A stretch of 64,000 nt of DNA. Source: Solirubrobacterales bacterium (lineage in GTDB: Bacteria > Actinomycetota > Thermoleophilia > Solirubrobacterales > JBBDJG01). Position 1 is the stretch's first letter. Every line of letters begins with the position of its first letter. Below, piece by piece: positions 57,240-64,000 of this stretch. The translations under genes were made by a program, and so were the position numbers. The notes beneath the pieces were generated by a model. That model saw nothing but the letters and a program-made list of their open reading frames with translations, was not told where the DNA came from and made no database searches. The stretch spans positions 16,542-80,541 of the forward strand of contig JBBQNR010000002.1 of the NCBI GenBank assembly GCA_038330145.1, given 5' to 3'.

Positions 57240-58436
57240 TTGGGCCTCGACCTCGACCAAGCGAGGGAGGTGTTCGAGTCGTCGACCGACTTCACGGTCG
57301 GGCTCGAGGAGGAGTTCGGGCTGCTCGACCCGAGCAGCCTCTCGCTCGTCAACGCCTTCGAGGGCCTGGCCGAGGAGGGCCGCCAGGACGAGGTGCTCGC
57401 CGACTCGCTGGCGGGAGAGCTGATCTCCTCGGAGGCGGAGATCCGCTCCGGCAAGGGCGCCGACTTCGCCGATGCCGTCGCGCGGCAGATGGAGCGTCGC
57501 AACCGCCTCTTCGCACTTGCCGCCCGGCGTGGCATAGCGCTCGGCGCAATGGGCACCCACCCCTGGAGCCCATGGCAGGAGCAGCACATCATCGACACAC
57601 CTCACTACCGCCGCGTCGAGGACGACCTGCGCTACGTCGCCTGGCGCAACAACACCTTCAGCGTGCACGTGCACGTCGGCATCCAGGGCCCGGACCGGGC
57701 GGTGGCCGTCTCCGACGCGATGCGTCCGCTGCTTCCCACGCTGCTTGCCATATCCGCCAACTCCGCCTTCGTGGAAGGGGTCTTCTGCGGCCTGCACTCG
57801 GCGCGCACGCAGGTTTTCACGAGGAGCTTCCCGCGCTGCGGGGTGCCCGACTTCTTCGGCGACTGGCCTACCTACCGGGACTACGTGGCACTGCTGCAGA
57901 AAACGAACTCGATCATCGAGTACACCCAGGTCTGGTGGAGCGTGCGGCCCCACCTGGGCTTCGGCACGGTCGAGCTGCGAATCATGGACGCCCAGTCGCG
58001 CGGTGACGAGTCGTTCGCGCTGGCGGCTCTGGCCACCGCCTGTCTGGTGCAGGCGGCATTCGACTTCGACGACGGCATTCGGCCGCAGCCGGTTCCGCAG
58101 CGCCTGATCGAGGAGAACATGTGGCGGGCGATCCGCTACGGGATGGATGGAGATCTGATCGACTTCGACCACGAGCGGGAGCAGCCCGCCCGAGCTGCGG
58201 TCGAGGGTTTGCTCAAGTGGTCGGAGCCCGCGCGCGCGGCCCTCAACCTGGACGCCCATCTGGAGGGGTTGGGGAGGGCGCTGTCGGAGGGCAACGGCGC
58301 GCAGCGCCAATGGCGCCGGCACGAGCGGGGCGATCCCGCACGAGACATCTACGCGGCGAGCGTGGCCGAGACCTGCGCGACCTACCCGGACGCGAGCACC
58401 GAGTCATGCGGCCATCTCGAGGGGGTAATGACGTGA
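57240..58436 (+). CDS. Carboxylate-amine ligase, GCS2 (YbdK) family
   Basis: GCS2 blocks are present (GLEEEF, HVHVG, ELRIMD). The start is TTG. Confidence 0.8.
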   Translation: MGLDLDQAREVFESSTDFTVGLEEEFGLLDPSSLSLVNAFEGLAEEGRQDEVLADSLAGELISSEAEIRSGKGADFADAVARQMERRNRLFALAARRGIALGAMGTHPWSPWQEQHIIDTPHYRRVEDDLRYVAWRNNTFSVHVHVGIQGPDRAVAVSDAMRPLLPTLLAISANSAFVEGVFCGLHSARTQVFTRSFPRCGVPDFFGDWPTYRDYVALLQKTNSIIEYTQVWWSVRPHLGFGTVELRIMDAQSRGDESFALAALATACLVQAAFDFDDGIRPQPVPQRLIEENMWRAIRYGMDGDLIDFDHEREQPARAAVEGLLKWSEPARAALNLDAHLEGLGRALSEGNGAQRQWRRHERGDPARDIYAASVAETCATYPDASTESCGHLEGVMT

Positions 58437-58993
58437 ATGCAGAGCAGACGCCGAGCGACGACCAGACTCGCGCAGAGGGCGAGGCGCAGTCAGGTCAGGC
58501 TCAGTCGGGTCAGGCTCATGAGCCACCGTTCGAGCAGCAGATGCCCAGCGAGGAGGAGATCCGCGCCCGCCTGGAGGAGGAGCTGAAGCGGATCTCGGTG
58601 CGCGACGTGCTGTTGCAATCCGCTGTGACGCTGGTCAACCTCGGTGGCCAGAGGTTGGGATTGAGCGCGACCAGCCGCGACTCGCGCAACCTCGAGGAGA
58701 GCAGGATCGCGATCGAGGCGTTGCGAGCTCTGGTCCCGCTGCTCGAGCAGCAGGACGCCGAGGAGGTGCGACCGCTTCGGGACGCGCTGGCCCAGCTACA
58801 GATGGCCTATGCGCACGAGGCCCAGTCCGCCGGCGCCGACCGCGACCCCGGCGCCGAGGACGGTGGGCCCGCCCCCCCGCCGGGCCAGGGCCGGCCGGAG
58901 GCAGCGCCAGATCCGGGTGCGCGGCAGGCCGGGGCAGGCCGCCGACCCTCCCCGCGCGGAGGCCTCTGGGTCCCGCCCGGAAGCGACGGCTAG
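58433..58993 (+). CDS. Hypothetical acidic protein, possibly DUF1844-like
   Basis: The GTG start overlaps the GCS2 stop (GTGA). It has a central VLLQSAVTLVNLGGQRLG segment and a Pro/Gly-rich tail. The family guess is weak. Confidence 0.45.
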   Translation: MNAEQTPSDDQTRAEGEAQSGQAQSGQAHEPPFEQQMPSEEEIRARLEEELKRISVRDVLLQSAVTLVNLGGQRLGLSATSRDSRNLEESRIAIEALRALVPLLEQQDAEEVRPLRDALAQLQMAYAHEAQSAGADRDPGAEDGGPAPPPGQGRPEAAPDPGARQAGAGRRPSPRGGLWVPPGSDG

Positions 58994-59014
58994 GCTTGCC
59001 GGGCCCCGCGCTGA

Positions 59015-59040
59015 AGGGATCAGGCCGTTGCAGGATCCCT
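59015..59040 (+). terminator. Hairpin downstream of the hypothetical gene, ahead of the hppA leader
   Basis: AGGGATC is followed by 12 nt and then GATCCCT. Confidence 0.3.
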
Positions 59041-59182
59041 GCCCCTACGGCTTTTCGGGTGCAAGGCTCGATAGACTGCCGCCGGTTTTCACCCCGATGG
59101 CTATTCGCACTGATGCCCGCGGCCAAAGGTACGCGGGCTTAATCACGATTCAGGCGAGAGCAGCGAAGAGAACGGAGGGTTC

Positions 59183-61246
59183 TTGAAGGAGTTCTTGACC
59201 GATTACGGCATCGTCGTTGCGCTTGGCTGCGCCGCATGCGCTGTCCTCTATGGCGCCCTGACGACGCGCTGGCTGCTCAGGCAGTCGCCTGGCAACGAGG
59301 AGATGCAGAGCATCTCGAAGGCGATTCAAGAAGGTGCCGCCGCGTACCTGAACCGCCAGTACGCGATCATCGGCATCGTCGCCATTGTGCTGGCGGTGGT
59401 GATCGCGATAGCGCTCAACATCGAGACCGCGGTCGGATTCGTGATCGGCGGTCTTCTCTCCGCTCTTGCCGGCTACGTCGGGATGAACGTGGCGGTGCGC
59501 GCCAATGCGCGTGTGGCCGAAGCCGCGCGAGAGGGGGTCCCGAGGGCACTCGACGTCGCCTTCAAGGGCGGGTCCGTGACCGGAATGCTGGTGGTCGGGC
59601 TTGCGCTGATCGGTGTCGCCGGCTTCTACGGCGTCCTGCTCCTGTTCGACGAGACCGACAGGGACGCGATCGATGCCCTGCTGGGCCTCGGCTTCGGCGG
59701 CAGCCTGATCTCCGTCTTCGCCCGTCTGGGCGGTGGCATCTTCACCAAGGGCGCCGACGTCGGCGCGGACCTGGTGGGCAAGATCGAGGCGGGGATCCCC
59801 GAGGACGACCCGCGCAACCCAGCGGTTATCGCCGACAACGTGGGCGACAACGTGGGCGACGACGCGGGCATGGCGGCCGACCTGTTCGAGACCTACGCGG
59901 TCACTGCAGTCGCGGTGATGCTGCTGGGAGTCCTGACCTTCAACGAGCAGCGCGAGGTGGCCATGTACCCCCTCGTGCTCGGCGCCGCCTCGATCCTCGC
60001 CTCGCTGGCGGGCACGTTTGCCGTGCGCTCCAGGAGCGGCAACGTCGAACGCGCCCTCTACCAGGGCGTGATCGTGAGCGCCGTGCTGGCGGCCGTCGTG
60101 TTCCTGCCGATCACCTCATGGCTGATGGACGACCTCACGCCCAAGAACGCCGGCATCGACCCGCCGTCGGTCGGCGATCTTTGGCTCTGCACGCTGATCG
60201 GGCTGGGAATCACGGCGATGATCTTCGTCATCACCGACTTCTACACCTCGACCCGCTTCCGCCCGGTGAAGAAGATCGCCGAGGCGTCGCTGACGGGGCA
60301 TGCCACCAACATCATCCAGGGGCTTGCGCAGGGACTTCAGTCGACTGCGGCGCCCGCGCTTCTGATCGCTCTCGGCATCCTGGGCGCGAACGAGCTGGCG
60401 GGCGTCTACGGCATCGGCGTCGCCGTCATGGCACAGCTTTCGTTGACGGGCATGATCGTGGCGCTGGACGCCTTCGGCCCGATCACCGACAACGCCGGTG
60501 GCATCGCCGAGATGGCCGACCTGCCGGAGTCGGTCCGCAACGTCACCGACCCACTCGACGCCGTCGGCAACACCACCAAAGCGGTCACGAAGGGCTACGC
60601 CATCAGCTCGGCGGCCCTGGCGGCCCTGGTGCTGTTCGTGAGCTGGCGCGAGGAGGTGGTGGAGGAGCTCCAGAAGGGCGGCGAGACGATCAAGTCCTTC
60701 GACCTCACCAGCCCGGAAGTCCTGATCGGGTTGCTGATCGGAGGCATGATGGTCCACCTGTTCGCCTCGCTCGCGGTGGAGGCCGTGGGGCGGGCCGGCG
60801 GCGAGGTCGTCGAGGAGGTGAGGCGCCAGTTCCGGGAGAAGCCGGGCATCATGGACCGCACCGAGAGGCCCGACTACGGTCGCTGCGTCAGCATCGTGAC
60901 GAAGCGGGCCCAGCGCGAGATGATCCTGCCGGCCCTGATACCGATCCTGGTGCCGGTCGTCGTCGGGGTGCTGTCCTATCAGGCCCTGGGAGGCCTCTTG
61001 ATAGGGGTGATCGTGACCGGGCTGTTCGTTGCGGTCTCGATGACGTCTGGCGGCGGCGCGTGGGACAACGCCAAGAAGCTGATCGAGGACGGTGCCTACG
61101 GCGGCAAGGGATCCGAGGCGCATGCGGCCGCGGTCACGGGAGATACCGTCGGCGACCCGTACAAGGACACGGCGGGACCGGCCATCAACCCGATGATCAA
61201 GGTCGCCAACATCGTCGCACTGCTGATGATCCCCTACATCACGTAA
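59183..61246 (+). CDS. hppA: Membrane-bound proton/sodium-translocating pyrophosphatase
   Basis: The 687-aa ORF has about 16 TM segments. The motifs [27 protein letters not shown] and GDTVGDP are present. A GGAGGG Shine-Dalgarno precedes TTG 59183. Confidence 0.93.
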   Translation: MKEFLTDYGIVVALGCAACAVLYGALTTRWLLRQSPGNEEMQSISKAIQEGAAAYLNRQYAIIGIVAIVLAVVIAIALNIETAVGFVIGGLLSALAGYVGMNVAVRANARVAEAAREGVPRALDVAFKGGSVTGMLVVGLALIGVAGFYGVLLLFDETDRDAIDALLGLGFGGSLISVFARLGGGIFTKGADVGADLVGKIEAGIPEDDPRNPAVIADNVGDNVGDDAGMAADLFETYAVTAVAVMLLGVLTFNEQREVAMYPLVLGAASILASLAGTFAVRSRSGNVERALYQGVIVSAVLAAVVFLPITSWLMDDLTPKNAGIDPPSVGDLWLCTLIGLGITAMIFVITDFYTSTRFRPVKKIAEASLTGHATNIIQGLAQGLQSTAAPALLIALGILGANELAGVYGIGVAVMAQLSLTGMIVALDAFGPITDNAGGIAEMADLPESVRNVTDPLDAVGNTTKAVTKGYAISSAALAALVLFVSWREEVVEELQKGGETIKSFDLTSPEVLIGLLIGGMMVHLFASLAVEAVGRAGGEVVEEVRRQFREKPGIMDRTERPDYGRCVSIVTKRAQREMILPALIPILVPVVVGVLSYQALGGLLIGVIVTGLFVAVSMTSGGGAWDNAKKLIEDGAYGGKGSEAHAAAVTGDTVGDPYKDTAGPAINPMIKVANIVALLMIPYIT

Positions 61247-61292
61247 GCGCATTGCCTCACCCCCCAGAGGGAACGCAGTCACCCGCGGAGAT

Positions 61293-61754
61293 ATGCTTCT
61301 TTCGATGCCTGGCGTCGTGGAGCAAATCGTGATCGGTCCAATCCCCGAGCAGCTTCCGCAGCCGGTCGATCGGATCGAGGTGCTCGCAGGCCAGGGGCCG
61401 GTCGGGGACCGCAAGTTTGCCCCCGAGCCGGCCGAGCGCCACGGCAAGGACCTGACCCTGATCGAAGCCGAGGCGCTGGAGGCGTTCAACGCCGAGACGG
61501 GTATCGAGTTCAGCCACGAGGAGTCGCGGCGCAACGTGCTCACGCGCGGCGTCAGCCTGAACGACCTCGTCGGCAAGAGCTTCCGCGTCGGTGAGGTCGA
61601 ATGCGTGGGCGTGGTGCTGAACGAGCCCTGCGCTCACCTCGAGAAGCTGACGCGCTCGGGCGTCTTGAAGGGATTGGTGCATCGGGGCGGTCTGCGCGCG
61701 AACGTCATCCGCAGCGGCAAGATCTCGGTCGGGGACGAGGTCGTAGAGCTGTGA
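61293..61754 (+). CDS. MOSC domain protein
   Basis: The 153-aa ORF has the MOSC-like pattern (NVLTRGVSLNDLVGKSFRVGEVECVGVVLNEPC). Confidence 0.7.
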   Translation: MLLSMPGVVEQIVIGPIPEQLPQPVDRIEVLAGQGPVGDRKFAPEPAERHGKDLTLIEAEALEAFNAETGIEFSHEESRRNVLTRGVSLNDLVGKSFRVGEVECVGVVLNEPCAHLEKLTRSGVLKGLVHRGGLRANVIRSGKISVGDEVVEL

Positions 61755-62830
61755 GGCGCGGCCGCTCGCTGCCTTGCTGGGTGGCGGTGGCGACTTCGCT
61801 GATCCTGATCGCGTCGCTGCCGAGTGCAGCCGCCGCGCGCGCTCCCAAGACGGTGTCCCGGGCCGTCACGTTCTCGGTCCAGAACCTGAACCGCTCCAAG
61901 CTCGCATGCGCCACCGACGGATTGGCGTATCAGCTGCATGGCCATGTCGTCGGGCCACGTTCGGCCCTCTCCAGCGCCAAGAAGCGCAAGCGTGCGGCCG
62001 CGACTCTCTACCTGCACGGGCTCGGCTTCGGGGAGTGGTTCTGGACCTTCACCGCCGTGCGGGGCTACGACTACGCCACGGCGCAGGCCAGGCTCGGCCA
62101 CGTCTCGGTCGTGATCGACCGACTGGGCTATGACTCGAGCGGCAGACCGCCGGGCAAGGCGAGTTGCATCGGTGGGCAGGCCGACATGGCGCACCAGGTC
62201 GTGCAGCAGCTGCGCAAGGGCACATACGCGGTCGCGGGCGGCAAGCCACGGCGGTTCAAGAGGATCGCGCTGGCGGGGCACTCCGCCGGCGGGGAGATCT
62301 CGAACGTCGAGGCGTATTCATTCCGTGACGTCGATGCTCTGGTCGTCATGAGCTTCTCCTTCTCCAACCTGCCGCGGGCCCAGCTGGCCCTGGGACCGAC
62401 TCGTGACCTGTGCCTCACGGGCGGCGAGCCGGCAGAGCCCGGTGCCCCGTCGGGCTACGCCTACTACGGTCAGCCGCCCGCGAACGACTTCACGTCGATC
62501 ATGTTCGCCAACGTGGCGCCGGCGGTCGCGGCGGCAGCCACGGGCCTTCGCAACCGCGACCCCTGCGGCGACACCGACTCGATCACCAGGTCGCTCAGCC
62601 AGCAGAGCCGCTACGTCCCCACGATCAAGGTTCCCGTTCTCGTCGTTTGCGGAACGCGCGACGCGCTCTACTCGCAGCTCGGCTGCAGCTTCCAGGAGGA
62701 GCGCTACACCGGTGCGAGCAGCAGCACGCTCCAGATCGTCAAGGGCGCGGGCCACGGGCTCACCCTGGAGCGGTCCGCCGGAGGTTTTCGCAAGCGTGTC
62801 TCGCGCTGGCTTCTGCGCCACGGCTTCTGA
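61751..62830 (+). CDS. Secreted alpha/beta hydrolase
   Basis: It has a signal peptide (LILIASLPSAAAA) and the nucleophile elbow GHSAGG. The GTG start overlaps the MOSC stop. Confidence 0.7.
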   Translation: MRRGRSLPCWVAVATSLILIASLPSAAAARAPKTVSRAVTFSVQNLNRSKLACATDGLAYQLHGHVVGPRSALSSAKKRKRAAATLYLHGLGFGEWFWTFTAVRGYDYATAQARLGHVSVVIDRLGYDSSGRPPGKASCIGGQADMAHQVVQQLRKGTYAVAGGKPRRFKRIALAGHSAGGEISNVEAYSFRDVDALVVMSFSFSNLPRAQLALGPTRDLCLTGGEPAEPGAPSGYAYYGQPPANDFTSIMFANVAPAVAAAATGLRNRDPCGDTDSITRSLSQQSRYVPTIKVPVLVVCGTRDALYSQLGCSFQEERYTGASSSTLQIVKGAGHGLTLERSAGGFRKRVSRWLLRHGF

Positions 62831-62919
62831 ACCTCCGTCCTTCGACACGCTTCCCGATACGCAATCATTTGAGCCCTCCGGCATGGGGCCGGGCGCCTCG
62901 CCACTCCACCTCCTGACCG

Positions 62920-64000
62920 ATGGCTAACTACCGCCCCAAGGGCCTCGGGCTCGAGCGCGTGCTCGGCAGCGGCGCGCTGTTCGCAGCCGCCTACGGCAAC
63001 GTCGGCTCCTCGATCTATTACGCGCTCGGCCTGGTCGCAGCGTTCGCGCTCGGCCTGACCCCGATCGTCTACATCCTCGCCGGTGGGCTGTTCGTGGCGA
63101 CGGCGATGACCTACACCGAGGCGGCCTCGAACTTCCCCGAGGCCGGGGGGTCGTCGAGCTTCGCTCGCCGCGCCTTCAACGAGCTGGTCAGCTTCATCGC
63201 CGCCTGGGGCCAGATGCTCAACTACATCATCACGGTCGCGATCTCCGCCTTCTTCGTGCCGCACTACCTGGGTGTCTTCTGGGAGCCGCTGCGCACCAGC
63301 CCCGGCGACATCATCGGCGGCATCGTGATCGTGATCCTGCTGTGTGTGGTCAACGTGATCGGCGTTCGAGAGTCCGGGCGCCTGAACCTGCTGCTGGCGG
63401 TGATCGACTTCGCGACCCAGGCGCTGCTACTGATGCTGGGCGTCTTCCTGGTGCTCAACTTCGACACGCTGGTGCACAACATCCACTGGGGCGTCGCGCC
63501 GCGGTGGGACGACTTCTTCCTCTCGATCACGGTCGCGATGATCTCCTACACGGGAATCGAGACGATCGCCAACATGGCGGAGGAGGTGCGCGAGCCCCGC
63601 CGCCTGATCCCGCGTTCGATGCGCTACGTGGTTCTGGCGGTGATGGTGATCTACACCGGACTGCCCGCCGTCGCACTCTCGGCGATGCCGGTCACGGAGA
63701 CCTCCTCCGGCTTTACGACGCCGCTCGCGGAGCAGTACGCGGGCGACCCCATCCTCGGGGTCGTCGCCAACATGAACCTGGGGGTGTTCCAGACGGCGAT
63801 GGAGTACTACGTCGGCATCCTCGCCGGCACGATCCTGCTGATCGCCTCCAACGCGGGCATCATCGGTGTCAGCCGTCTCACGTACTCGATGGGGCAGTAC
63901 CAGCAGCTTCCCGACAGGCTGCGGCGGATCAGCCCGCGGTTCAGGACTCCGGTGGTCGGCATCGCGGTATTCGGCCTGATTGCCTGCATCGTGATGCTTC
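62920..64000 (+). CDS. APC-family amino acid permease (3' end outside window)
   Basis: This ORF is not in the track because no stop occurs before the window end. My hand translation from ATG 62920 is open to position 64000. It gives a polytopic APC-like protein (GSGALFAAAYGNVGSSIYYALG...FPEAGGSSSFARRAF). Confidence 0.8.
   Translation, partial: MANYRPKGLGLERVLGSGALFAAAYGNVGSSIYYALGLVAAFALGLTPIVYILAGGLFVATAMTYTEAASNFPEAGGSSSFARRAFNELVSFIAAWGQMLNYIITVAISAFFVPHYLGVFWEPLRTSPGDIIGGIVIVILLCVVNVIGVRESGRLNLLLAVIDFATQALLLMLGVFLVLNFDTLVHNIHWGVAPRWDDFFLSITVAMISYTGIETIANMAEEVREPRRLIPRSMRYVVLAVMVIYTGLPAVALSAMPVTETSSGFTTPLAEQYAGDPILGVVANMNLGVFQTAMEYYVGILAGTILLIASNAGIIGVSRLTYSMGQYQQLPDRLRRISPRFRTPVVGIAVFGLIACIVML

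Noticed and set aside
59125-59150. CCCGCGGCCAAAGGTACGCGGGCTT in the hppA leader shares the 12-mer GTACGCGGGCTT with family A hairpin 2.
   Set aside because: No other part of the 189-bp leader aligns convincingly to the element. It could be a very decayed fragment or a chance match in GC-rich DNA.

Overview
This is a 64-kb, very GC-rich chromosomal segment (roughly 70% by eye, not computed). Gene content and order look actinobacterial. My guess is a Thermoleophilia/Rubrobacteria-like organism such as a Conexibacter or Solirubrobacter relative, which cannot be verified here. I call about 64 protein genes, nearly all core housekeeping. They include comEA-comEC-holA, rpsT, murJ, lepA, a hadAB-like MaoC pair, hrcA-dnaJ-prmA, phoH-ybeY-era, and hisIE-trpEGDC / htrA-like / trpFBA. 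They also include pfkA, an ACT-malic enzyme, polA, rpsA-coaE, uvrB, a DUF2182/DUF1326 pair, uvrA, speA-speB, panCDB, udg, tsaE-tsaB-rimI-tsaD, rex, a GCS2 ligase and an H+-PPase. I found no rRNA or tRNA genes, CRISPR arrays, transposases, integrases or recognisable defence genes. The unexplained signal is non-coding. (1) Family A is an unclassified ~168-nt structured intergenic element. It has three full same-orientation copies (36084-36251, 39801-39968, 57066-57232), plus truncated and core-less derivatives clustered at 25218-25663. The copies show compensatory substitutions in a long closing stem and two internal hairpins. The A.C versus G.U pattern favours a minus-strand RNA. Each copy abuts the stop codon of the upstream gene. 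(2) Family B is a second, ~72-nt two-copy element (7835-7906, 37683-37758) with a covarying hairpin. (3) Most operon-first genes look leaderless, with a TANNNT -10 box 6-10 nt before the start codon. Smaller items are an RBS-sequestering hairpin on the DUF1326/DUF2182 operon, a 14-bp x3 tandem repeat upstream of uvrA, a long structured panC leader, and in-frame tandem repeats in udg, rpsA and polA. All calls come from reading the sequence and the ORF track by hand; no searches were run.
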